Shown here: positions 25,085 through 32,342 of the stretch, piece by piece
Numbering within the stretch: position 1 is the first letter of the stretch
How the letters are laid out: each line of letters starts with the position of its first letter
Virus record (IMG/VR): IMGVR_UViG_3300045988_092796
Span: 1-32,357 of that record
Direction: 5' to 3' (one strand)
DNA: 32,357 nt
DNA from: a virus
Position numbers and translations under genes: made by a program
The notes under the pieces: generated by a model
The model's database searches: none
What the model was told of the DNA's origin: nothing
What the model saw: only the letters and a program-made list of their open reading frames with translations

Positions 25085-25420
25085 TTATTTTTCTAACGTT
25101 TTGATTACATTTTCAATATGTTCTTTCTTTTCTTGCAACTCTTCCAAACTTTTGAGCTCTAATGCTTTTTTAATAATTTCAAGCTGTTCGATTTCTTTTT
25201 TAAACTTTATAAGTTCATCAACTTTGCGAGCATAATCCCTAAAATTATTTGCCCAGTCCCATTCTTCCCAGCCAAAAACTCTTACAATTTCTTGTTTTAA
25301 GTCATAGTATTTTCTTTCTAAATCTCTATTGACCATCGCTTGAGAATACATAATGTAGAATGTCATAGCTGAAATCAGCAAACAAGCAAAGAACATTCCC
25401 CAAAACATCAAATCTTTCAT
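25085..25420 (-). CDS. Hypothetical protein with an N-terminal TM and a coiled coil
   Basis: ORF with an SD (aggaggtggaagaATG). Confidence 0.45.
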   Translation of the reverse strand: MKDLMFWGMFFACLLISAMTFYIMYSQAMVNRDLERKYYDLKQEIVRVFGWEEWDWANNFRDYARKVDELIKFKKEIEQLEIIKKALELKSLEELQEKKEHIENVIKTLEK

Positions 25421-25578
25421 TCTTCCACCTCCTTTTTTGGTTTTACCTCGATTTCTAAGTAAAAGGGAGGGCCGGGTATGTCCATTCTTACAGCCGTAAT
25501 TTCGCCATCAGAGCTAGTTATAGTTTCGCCGATTGCTAAAATCAAGTCGCTAATTGTGCTATTTAGCGTTAATCCCAT
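25417..25578 (-). CDS. Hypothetical 53-aa protein
   Basis: ATG preceded by ggaggtggagtg, overlapping the upstream stop by 1 nt. The track's extension is unlikely to be translated. Confidence 0.4.
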   Translation of the reverse strand: MGLTLNSTISDLILAIGETITSSDGEITAVRMDIPGPPFYLEIEVKPKKEVEE

Positions 25579-26063
25579 CACTCCACCTCCTCTACTTCTA
25601 TGCCTGGGCAATCAAACACCCAGCCAAAGCCGGCTTCTTCTAATTGTTTTCTAGTAAATCTTTCAAGATCGCCATACACTTTTTCAAAATCAAGACGATC
25701 CTCACCCTGTCTGTACACAGTTTTCAACGACTGTCCATTGCACAATATCACTTCATATCGCTTCTCTTTCTCAACCTCGTAGCCATAAACAAAAGCTAAA
25801 TGCAACTTTCTGAGATTATCTTCTGTCGCATATACCCAATCATAAATTTCACTTGGTACTGAGTCGTAATTTAACCCAAACAGGCCACTTTTTAGTTTAC
25901 TCAACCAATCCGCCACAAATTGCGGTACGACTGGTTTTTGTGGCTCCGAATTAGTCAATTTTTCATATTCTCTGATAAAAATTTTTACGTTTGTGAAACT
26001 TGGGAAATATCCAAAAATTTGCATTCGGTTCATCAATGCCTTAACCAATTTTTTTTTATTCAT
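25578..26063 (-). CDS. DUF1642-like streptococcal/lactococcal phage protein
   Basis: The PVVPQFVADWL segment resembles the family (recalled from memory). SD gaggagatggaaaATG. Confidence 0.5.
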   Translation of the reverse strand: MNKKKLVKALMNRMQIFGYFPSFTNVKIFIREYEKLTNSEPQKPVVPQFVADWLSKLKSGLFGLNYDSVPSEIYDWVYATEDNLRKLHLAFVYGYEVEKEKRYEVILCNGQSLKTVYRQGEDRLDFEKVYGDLERFTRKQLEEAGFGWVFDCPGIEVEEVE

Positions 26064-26322
26064 TTTCCATCTCCTCAATCAACCAATCCAGATTTTTTCT
26101 GGCCTTCTTCAAATCTTCCAGTCCGTTCTTCGCTTGGAATCGCAATAGATACTTAATTGCATTGCCCCAATAAAATCCTTGCACGGCTGTTAGATTACCT
26201 GCGAAGTTTCGGACAACGTCTATTGCCTCAAGACCAAACTTGCCCTTGTAGTGATTCGGATTATTGACCTTGTCTTCTTCAATCATTTCATCAAGCACTT
26301 GTTCGTATGATTTTTCTTTCAT
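26056..26322 (-). CDS. DUF3310-like phage protein
   Basis: NPNHYKG...IEAIDV...GNAIKYLLR motif. SD taaggagaataaaATG. Confidence 0.6.
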   Translation of the reverse strand: MKEKSYEQVLDEMIEEDKVNNPNHYKGKFGLEAIDVVRNFAGNLTAVQGFYWGNAIKYLLRFQAKNGLEDLKKARKNLDWLIEEMENE

Positions 26323-26332
26323 TTTATTCTCC

Positions 26333-26590
26333 TTACTTACGACACCCGCTGAGATCTTCTTCATCCCAGTTTCTCATTTTAAAAGTCCGTTTTTTGCGTT
26401 CTTCTTGGCTACGTAGGGCAGCTTGACGCACGGCATATTCTTGTGCTGCCAAAACATACATAGCCTGCAGATCAAGCAACTCTTCTGCTTCACGCTTTTT
26501 CTCAGCCTTTCGCCATTCTAAATATTGGCAAAAAGCTCCCATCATAAAGAACATCATCAACGTAAAAATTCCACCTAATACTTCACTCAT
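26333..26590 (-). CDS. Hypothetical membrane protein
   Basis: N-terminal TM followed by a basic, helical tail. Confidence 0.4.
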   Translation of the reverse strand: MSEVLGGIFTLMMFFMMGAFCQYLEWRKAEKKREAEELLDLQAMYVLAAQEYAVRQAALRSQEERKKRTFKMRNWDEEDLSGCRK

Positions 26591-26864
26591 TGTTTAAATC
26601 AATCCTTTCTCTGATCAATTTATCATCTTGCTCAAGATATGAAATCCTGATAGCATTGTTTCTCATGCTATCTCTGTTGTCAGTTATTTGAGATCGAAGC
26701 TCTTTAATTTGATGATTTCGATCATCTTCAATCTTTACTACGAAAACAACTGCAACAAGTAAGCAGAGACTCAAACCGATAACTATCAATTTCAAATCTG
26801 CTAATGTCCTACTCAAATACACATTCTCATGTTTTAACAAATGTATCTCATCTCTAATACTCAA
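26583..26864 (-). CDS. Hypothetical TM + coiled-coil protein (TTG start)
   Basis: SD aggagggcaggttt upstream of the TTG. Confidence 0.4.
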   Translation of the reverse strand: MSIRDEIHLLKHENVYLSRTLADLKLIVIGLSLCLLVAVVFVVKIEDDRNHQIKELRSQITDNRDSMRNNAIRISYLEQDDKLIRERIDLNNE

Positions 26865-26897
26865 AAACCTGCCCTCCTGCTCAATTCATCCTCTCTT

Positions 26898-27164
26898 TTA
26901 AATTACAATATTTTCTTGAATGAATGTATCTAATTCATTCTTATCAATACGCTTCGTCCCATCGATTTTATAAAGATTTAAACCCATCTTTATCCACTTT
27001 CTGATGGTGTTAGAACTGCAATCAGCATAGTATGCAGCACTCTCAAGCGATAGCCAACGTTTTTCTGCCACCTCTTGGTCCAAGAATTCAGTGAACGATT
27101 CTTTAAATTGAGTTCGTACCGCTGTTCTTATTCCATTTTCAAATTCTTCACTTAGAATATTCAT
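26898..27164 (-). CDS. Excisionase-like/MerR-type HTH DNA-binding protein
   Basis: WLSLESAAYYADCSSNTIRKWIKMGL. Start taken at the ATG with ggagttgaag as SD. Confidence 0.45.
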   Translation of the reverse strand: MNILSEEFENGIRTAVRTQFKESFTEFLDQEVAEKRWLSLESAAYYADCSSNTIRKWIKMGLNLYKIDGTKRIDKNELDTFIQENIVI

Positions 27165-27195
27165 CTTCAACTCCAACTTATGATATAATGTAAAT

Positions 27196-27242
27196 GTTTT
27201 TATTTTTGTTGAGCACTTCACTTGTTTTGTGAAGTGTTTTTT
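27196..27242 (+). ncRNA. Candidate antisense small RNA of about 47 nt (own extended -10 at 27181-27189, intrinsic terminator at 27214-27242)
   Basis: Plus strand reads TGaTATAAT, then cacttcac-ttgtttt-gtgaagtg followed by tttttt. No plus-strand gene lies nearby. Confidence 0.4.
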
Positions 27243-27243
27243 A

Positions 27244-27672
27244 TTATCCAACCAAACTCATCTGTCCATTGCGAGCTTTGATTTCAAGCTTAGTATTCGC
27301 TGATGGCTCCCAGCTGTTCCAGTAGTCAAATGCTTGCTCTTCATCCTTACGCTTCAATAAGTCGTAGCGAGGGATACGGAAGTAGTCCTTGAAGTCTTTA
27401 GCAGCCTGAGCAAATACAGATTGTGCAAAATGTCGGTCACGGTATGCCTGGCTGTCTTTCCCACCAAGCAAAGCCACGACTTTCTTCTTACGCAATTTTT
27501 CCAATGCTAGACAAACCGAAGGGTTGACTGGTTGCTCATTTTTTAAATAATCAACATCTATGGCTAAAGTTTCTTGATTTTGTTTTAACTCTTTTTGAGT
27601 CTGCAAGACTTGAATTAAAATATCTTCCTGAGTAAGTTCGTTTTGATTGACTTGCATAATTTCTGATGTCAT
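27244..27672 (-). CDS. ORF6C-domain-like early phage protein
   Basis: The C-terminal half resembles the ORF6C domain (recalled from memory). Confidence 0.45.
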   Translation of the reverse strand: MTSEIMQVNQNELTQEDILIQVLQTQKELKQNQETLAIDVDYLKNEQPVNPSVCLALEKLRKKKVVALLGGKDSQAYRDRHFAQSVFAQAAKDFKDYFRIPRYDLLKRKDEEQAFDYWNSWEPSANTKLEIKARNGQMSLVG

Positions 27673-28577
27673 AGTAATTCTCCTTCTAAAATGTCACTTT
27701 CTTTGCGAATGTCGTTCAGGTCGTTGAAGAAACGAAGGCCACGGCTAATAAAACTATCAAATTCATTTCTTATAATTCCATCTGCTTTCAGGACTTTTTC
27801 TTCGTCTGCATAGATCAGACCTCCCATACTTGCTAAAAAGTCATTTCCCTTTTGAAGTAGGTTTGTGATATTCTTGTAAGCCGAGATTTGCTTCTGTACA
27901 CTATTGAGTTGCCCTTGCGATTCTTCAATCGCTCGTGTTAATTCATCGTACTGAGCAGATTTCTTGTCTACCTCTTCCCTCTGGGCCAGTGTGTCAGCAA
28001 GTTGCTTTTCGATAAATTCAGAGCGTTCTTCCATCGCCTTCACACTTTTTGAGAGTTCCTTATTTTTTTCTAGCAGCTGCTTGTTAAGGTCCTGTGTAGC
28101 CTTGTAGTCGTCCGGAATTACTTCCTTGATGGTCTCTTTCACTTCTACTTTTGAAGACTTGATTTTCTCATTTTCAGCTTTTAAAAGCTCATTTGCTTTT
28201 TGGCTAATTTTTAGTTTATTTTTTAGTTTTTGCAATTCTCTGACGGTCGGACTGTCCCCTTGCTCAATCCTGTTAATTTGAGCTTTTTGTTCGTCCTCTG
28301 GAAGAGTTGCAATCAAGTAAAGTGCGTTAATCCCTAAATTCTGTGACGTCACAGAATATGGAAGTTCTTTTGCTACTTTCATAAACTGGTTAGCGACTGT
28401 CTGGCTAAACTCTATTTTCTTCAACCATTCCATAAACTGTCCATGTGCCAAATCATTTTGTTTTACATGATTTAATCGTCTGCCGATTTCCCAAATGGAC
28501 TGACCAGCTATTTGCTTGTGGTGGCTGATTTCAAGCTCAATCTGAGTTAAATTATTTGATAATGCTACTTCGTTCAC
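27669..28577 (-). CDS. DUF3102-like N-terminal domain + long coiled coil (GTG start)
   Basis: IAGQSIWEIGRRLNHVK...HGQFMEWL...ANQFMKVA pattern. Confidence 0.5.
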   Translation of the reverse strand: MNEVALSNNLTQIELEISHHKQIAGQSIWEIGRRLNHVKQNDLAHGQFMEWLKKIEFSQTVANQFMKVAKELPYSVTSQNLGINALYLIATLPEDEQKAQINRIEQGDSPTVRELQKLKNKLKISQKANELLKAENEKIKSSKVEVKETIKEVIPDDYKATQDLNKQLLEKNKELSKSVKAMEERSEFIEKQLADTLAQREEVDKKSAQYDELTRAIEESQGQLNSVQKQISAYKNITNLLQKGNDFLASMGGLIYADEEKVLKADGIIRNEFDSFISRGLRFFNDLNDIRKESDILEGELL

Positions 28578-28598
28578 ACGCTATTTCCTTTCTAAATT

Positions 28599-28607
28599 TG
28601 GTATAAT
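28599..28607 (+). promoter_or_regulatory. Extended -10 promoter TGgTATAAT for the plus-strand DUF4145-like gene
   Basis: tttggtataataaa, 28 nt upstream of the ATG at 28635. Confidence 0.55.
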
Positions 28608-28634
28608 AAAATAAAAACGATTGGATTTTTTATT

Positions 28635-29315
28635 ATGAAACTTAATGTTGAGATTGCTTTTAGAGATAGACGAAGAATCGTTACAATTGACACACCTTCA
28701 AAATGTCCTCACTGCGGTAGAACCATGTCTCCTCAACATGTTGGACAAAGTACAAGCTCTGAAACAACAAGTTTTTTAGATAACGGGAGATTTGCCGTTA
28801 TTTTCCGATGCTCTTTTGAAGATTGTTTGAAATATTTTGTGATAGAATATATCAATGATGATTTTGATACATCAACGGTAAATTATACCTACCGCCCTCA
28901 AATCAAGGTTAAACTCCCTGAAAACATAGAAAAAGTTTCTCCTGTTTTTGTCGAAATCTATTCTCAAGCAACCGTTGCTGAATCTGAGGTATTGAATCAA
29001 ATTGCAGGCGTCGGCTATCGTAAAGCAGCAGAATTTCTCATAAAAGATTACGCGATATCTAAAAATAAAGACGACGAAGAAAAAATCAAAACAATTATGC
29101 TTGGGCAAGTAATTGCTACATACTTAAACGATTTTCCGAAAATTCAAGCCTTGGCAAAATCTGTTGCCTGGATCGGTAATGATGAGACTCATTATGTCCG
29201 CAGGCATGATGGTAAAGATATCGAGGATTTAAAGAAGTTCATTCTATCAGCAGCTCAATTTATCGCAGCAGATTACGACGCAGATGAAGCATTGTCTTTC
29301 ACTTCTCCCAATTGA
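28635..29315 (+). CDS. Zinc-ribbon + DUF4145-like domain protein (candidate prophage-encoded defence/exclusion factor)
   Basis: CPHCG...C-x4-C at the N-terminus. The C-terminal half has GYRKAAEFLIKDY and WIGNDETHY (GN-x3-H) motifs, like DUF4145 as recalled from memory. It is the only plus-strand gene inside the minus-strand early operon. Confidence 0.6.
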   Translation: MKLNVEIAFRDRRRIVTIDTPSKCPHCGRTMSPQHVGQSTSSETTSFLDNGRFAVIFRCSFEDCLKYFVIEYINDDFDTSTVNYTYRPQIKVKLPENIEKVSPVFVEIYSQATVAESEVLNQIAGVGYRKAAEFLIKDYAISKNKDDEEKIKTIMLGQVIATYLNDFPKIQALAKSVAWIGNDETHYVRRHDGKDIEDLKKFILSAAQFIAADYDADEALSFTSPN

Positions 29316-29407
29316 GAGATCTTAATATCCAACTCATCAAACTTCTCAGCAATATATGTCACAGTCCTCAGTATTTCATTGAGGGCTGTTCTTTCTAGTT
29401 CGTTCAT
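29273..29407 (-). CDS. Hypothetical 44-aa early protein
   Basis: SD taggaggggtagaATG. Its 3' end overlaps the convergent gene 28635-29315 by 43 nt. Confidence 0.45.
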   Translation of the reverse strand: MNELERTALNEILRTVTYIAEKFDELDIKISQLGEVKDNASSAS

Positions 29408-29417
29408 TCTACCCCTC

Positions 29418-29609
29418 CTACTCAATCCCATAATCTTCAATAACCTGAAGAATGAAACTGTTCGCTCGTGGACCTTTTGTCGTTCCACTTAAAATATTTG
29501 TAACTTCCTGTCGTTTAAAACCATAAGCGACCGCTAGAGTTGATTTTTTAATGCCTTTCTCTTTCAAAAAAGTATTAACCTTTTCACGACCGTTTGCGAT
29601 ATCTGGCAT
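29418..29609 (-). CDS. Cro-like HTH protein
   Basis: The segment GIKKSTLAVAYGFKRQEVTNILSG is HTH-like. Divergent from the repressor gene. SD aggagggaacgtatATG. Confidence 0.7.
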   Translation of the reverse strand: MPDIANGREKVNTFLKEKGIKKSTLAVAYGFKRQEVTNILSGTTKGPRANSFILQVIEDYGIE

Positions 29610-29623
29610 ATACGTTCCCTCCT

Positions 29624-29641
29624 ATTTACAATTTTGTAAAT
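29624..29641. promoter_or_regulatory. Operator-like palindrome atttacaa-tt-ttgtaaat
   Basis: 8-bp perfect arms, just upstream of the cro SD. Confidence 0.5.
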
Positions 29642-29682
29642 AAGAAACAACTAAATTTTTTAACTATTTTTCTTTATTACGC

Positions 29683-29711
29683 TTGACAACTCACACCAAA
29701 TCGGCTAAAAT
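29683..29711 (+). promoter_or_regulatory. Candidate repressor-side promoter TTGACA-17-TAAAAT
   Basis: Read directly. The spacer contains cacaccaaat (29692-29701), which is repeated at 29855-29864. Confidence 0.5.
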
Positions 29712-29819
29712 GAAAGCATAATAAAAACAATAATAAATCTATAAATACCGTTCGCCAAAACATTTTTTATGTATTTATTTCTTAGTTGTTTTTTTAGTTA
29801 TTTCTTACTTACAAAAAAC

Positions 29820-29848
29820 ATTTTACACCTTTTGGGATAATTAGTCAA
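29820..29848 (-). promoter_or_regulatory. Candidate lytic (cro-side) promoter TTGACT-17-TAAAAT
   Basis: Read on the minus strand. The identical 9-mer ttttacacc occurs at 29821-29829 (over the -10) and at 29852-29860 (beside the -35). Confidence 0.5.
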
Positions 29849-29907
29849 CCTTTTTACACCAAATTTGTTAAATTTTTTTGTAATGTCTTAGAAAGGTTGA
29901 TTTAACA

Positions 29908-30255
29908 ATGTTTGAGACATTTGAAAAAATTAAAGAATTAGCAAAAAAGCGTGGAAAAGCTCTTGGACAAGTCGAAGAAGACTTAGGTTATGGCAGAAAT
30001 ACACTGTATAAGATAAAAAACTCTACGCCAAATGCTGAGCGTATCGCAGAAATTGCTAACTACTTCAATGTGTCCACCGACTACTTATTAGGACGCACTG
30101 ATAATCCGAATATTGTAAAAAATGGTGATGCTTCTGCACCATTAGACCTCAGAGATATTGCTGCACAATCAATGTTATTTGACGGGAAGCCCCTGTCAGA
30201 TGAAGACATCGATTTTATCACAGCGGTCTTGGAGGCACATTTAAAAAATAAATAG
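29908..30255 (+). CDS. XRE/CI-like prophage repressor
   Basis: HTH LGYGRNTLYKIKNSTPNAERIAEIANYFNVSTDYLLGRTD. Followed by an ImmA-like gene. Confidence 0.8.
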   Translation: MFETFEKIKELAKKRGKALGQVEEDLGYGRNTLYKIKNSTPNAERIAEIANYFNVSTDYLLGRTDNPNIVKNGDASAPLDLRDIAAQSMLFDGKPLSDEDIDFITAVLEAHLKNK

Positions 30256-30266
30256 AGGTGCTAATT

Positions 30267-30653
30267 ATGACTGTGCAAGAATTGTGCGCTGTTGAAGGCG
30301 TTAACTTGTGCTACTTCGATGGGGAAGAATGGCATAGCCAAGGATTTTACAATCCAGTTCTTAATGTCCTGGCTTTAGATGTACGCTTATCTGATGATGA
30401 CCAGAAAAAAGTGGCTCTACACGAGCTTGGACATAGAGAACATCTGCCATGTAATTACCAAGCGAATAGGGAGAAATGTGAGTTACAAGCGAATAGAAAC
30501 ATGATACATCATTTGCTTGAAGCAGAACTCAAAGAGCTAGATGATGTATCAAATTTTAATTACGTTCGTTTCATGGAAACTTACAAATTAAAAACCATCG
30601 CTGATGAAGAAATTGTAAAAGAGGAGTTTTATAATTTAATTAATAATATTTAA
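30267..30653 (+). CDS. ImmA/IrrE-like zinc metalloprotease (anti-repressor protease)
   Basis: HELGH motif and pairing with the XRE repressor. SD agaggtgctaattATG. Confidence 0.7.
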   Translation: MTVQELCAVEGVNLCYFDGEEWHSQGFYNPVLNVLALDVRLSDDDQKKVALHELGHREHLPCNYQANREKCELQANRNMIHHLLEAELKELDDVSNFNYVRFMETYKLKTIADEEIVKEEFYNLINNI

Positions 30654-30664
30654 GGGAGATTATT

Positions 30665-31036
30665 ATGAGTTTTAAAGGATTTCTAAAAGCAAAAACAGTT
30701 GGTGAATTTCTACAAGCCAGGAAAGACCCTGAATTGATGAAAGAGATTGAAAATCGATCTGTAAAAACTGTATTGGAAAATTCTGTTGAATTTACCGAGC
30801 AAAACAACGCTTTGAAAAAACAAAAAATGTTAGAAAAAAATGCTATCAAATGTCCTCATTGCAAGAGCAAAAATGTAAGCTTTATGCAGCAAGGTAAAAA
30901 GGCTTTTTCTGTTGGAAAAGCTGTTGGGGGCGCTGCTTTAACAGGTGGAATCGGTACTCTTGCAGGATTTGCTGGAAAAAAAGGAAAGAAACAATGGCAT
31001 TGCCAAGATTGTGGTAATGTATTTGAAACAAAATAA
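30665..31036 (+). CDS. Split zinc-ribbon protein with an internal glycine-zipper segment (lysogeny-module accessory gene)
   Basis: CPHC ... GKAVGGAALTGGIGTLAGFAG ... CQDC. Located between the repressor/ImmA pair and int. Confidence 0.6.
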   Translation: MSFKGFLKAKTVGEFLQARKDPELMKEIENRSVKTVLENSVEFTEQNNALKKQKMLEKNAIKCPHCKSKNVSFMQQGKKAFSVGKAVGGAALTGGIGTLAGFAGKKGKKQWHCQDCGNVFETK

Positions 31037-31055
31037 ACTAGGAGAAAATAAATAA

Positions 31056-31089
31056 CCTACACTCGAAATTTGGCGATCTAGAGTGTAGG
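31056..31089. repeat. 9-bp-stem inverted repeat cctacactc-N16-gagtgtagg between the zinc-ribbon gene and int
   Basis: Read directly. No T-run follows it, so its function is unclear. Confidence 0.4.
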
Positions 31090-31168
31090 TGTATCGATGA
31101 AGTGTAAAACAGGCATTAAAAAGCCCTTTTTACTATGCCTATTTTACCAATAAATGAGGTAAAAATCA

Positions 31169-32272
31169 ATGATCAAGAAATATAAAAAAGGTGACGGCTT
31201 TGCTTACTATTTTAAAGCATACCATGGGATTGATCCTTTGACTGGTAAGAAGATAGTAACTCTTAGGCGTGGTTTTAAAACTGAGCGTGAAGCTAGACTG
31301 GCTGAAGCTAAGTGTTTAGCTGATTATGAGAAGAAAACCTTTAGAAGCAGAAATACAACTACTACTTTTAATCAGGTATATGAAACCTGGAAAGCGCATT
31401 ATAGAAATACCGTAAAAGAATCAACCTACGTTAGCCAAATTGACAAAGCAGATAGACTTATTATCCCTCATTTTGGAGATAAGCCTATAAATAAAATAAG
31501 TTTGACCATGTGTCAAACTCAGGTTAATAAATGGGCTGAAGAATATAAACGATTTTTTGGAATTATCAGCATAACTAATCAGATTTTTGATTATGCAATA
31601 TCTATGGAATTGATTGATAGCAATCCAATGAAAAAGACACTGAAGCCTAAACGACAAAAAAATAATACAGATGAACTTGAAAAGTTCTACAACAAAGAAG
31701 AACTTAAGGAATTCTTTAAAATCGTTAAAGGCTTCGACGATAATGAAATGCTGACGTATTTTAGATTACTAGCTTTTACTGGAATGCGAAAGAATGAAAT
31801 TAGCGCTCTAAGATGGTCTGATATCGATTTTAAAAAAGGACAGATTACTGTCAATCAAACCTTGGCCAAGGGTGAAGATAATAAACTTATCTTTCAGACT
31901 CCAAAGACAAAAAAGAGTGCCCGAACAATTACCCTCGATTCAAAAACAATCAAGGTTTTAAAAGATTGGCACAAGTATAGTACAAAAGGACTTCTTTTTA
32001 AAAATGAGAATGGAGAACCTAAGAGTGTTGTCCATGTCAACAATATGTTGAACAGAATCTGGAGAAAGTATCCTGATTTTAAACGTATCACCCCACACGG
32101 ATTCAGACACACCCACTGCTCCCTATTGTTCGAGGCTGGAGCAACTATTAAAGAGGTTCAGGAACGATTAGGGCATGAAAACATACAAACAACGATGGAC
32201 ATATATGCTCATGTTACCCAAAAAGCAAAAAATGAGGTTGCTGACAAATTCGCTTCATACATTGGTTTTTAA
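31169..32272 (+). CDS. int: Tyrosine integrase
   Basis: Full-length (367 aa), with RKNEISALRW, HGFRHTH and LGHENIQTTMDIYAHV motifs. Adjacent to the att core. Confidence 0.95.
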   Translation: MIKKYKKGDGFAYYFKAYHGIDPLTGKKIVTLRRGFKTEREARLAEAKCLADYEKKTFRSRNTTTTFNQVYETWKAHYRNTVKESTYVSQIDKADRLIIPHFGDKPINKISLTMCQTQVNKWAEEYKRFFGIISITNQIFDYAISMELIDSNPMKKTLKPKRQKNNTDELEKFYNKEELKEFFKIVKGFDDNEMLTYFRLLAFTGMRKNEISALRWSDIDFKKGQITVNQTLAKGEDNKLIFQTPKTKKSARTITLDSKTIKVLKDWHKYSTKGLLFKNENGEPKSVVHVNNMLNRIWRKYPDFKRITPHGFRHTHCSLLFEAGATIKEVQERLGHENIQTTMDIYAHVTQKAKNEVADKFASYIGF

Positions 32273-32276
32273 AATA

Positions 32277-32298
32277 TGGGTATCATGGTGGGTATCAA
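32277..32298 (+). repeat. Two direct TGGGTATCA repeats, 12-bp start-to-start; candidate arm-type integrase sites
   Basis: Copies at 32277-32285 and 32289-32298. Same motif, spacing and orientation as 158-179. Confidence 0.55.
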
Positions 32299-32309
32299 AA
32301 CAAAAAAAC

Positions 32310-32342
32310 AGGCTCTCTGATTTCTCAGAAAGCCTTTTGTTT
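32310..32342 (+). terminator. Intrinsic terminator whose T-tract is the start of the att core
   Basis: aggctctctga-tttc-tcagaaagcct (one mismatch) followed by tttgttt. An A-run upstream makes it potentially bidirectional. Confidence 0.6.

Noticed and set aside
29408-29488. N-terminal extension of ORF 29273-29488 overlapping the cro gene
   Set aside because: The extension overlaps cro by 71 nt in another frame. A strong SD (taggagggg) precedes the internal ATG at 29407, so the shorter 44-aa form was taken.
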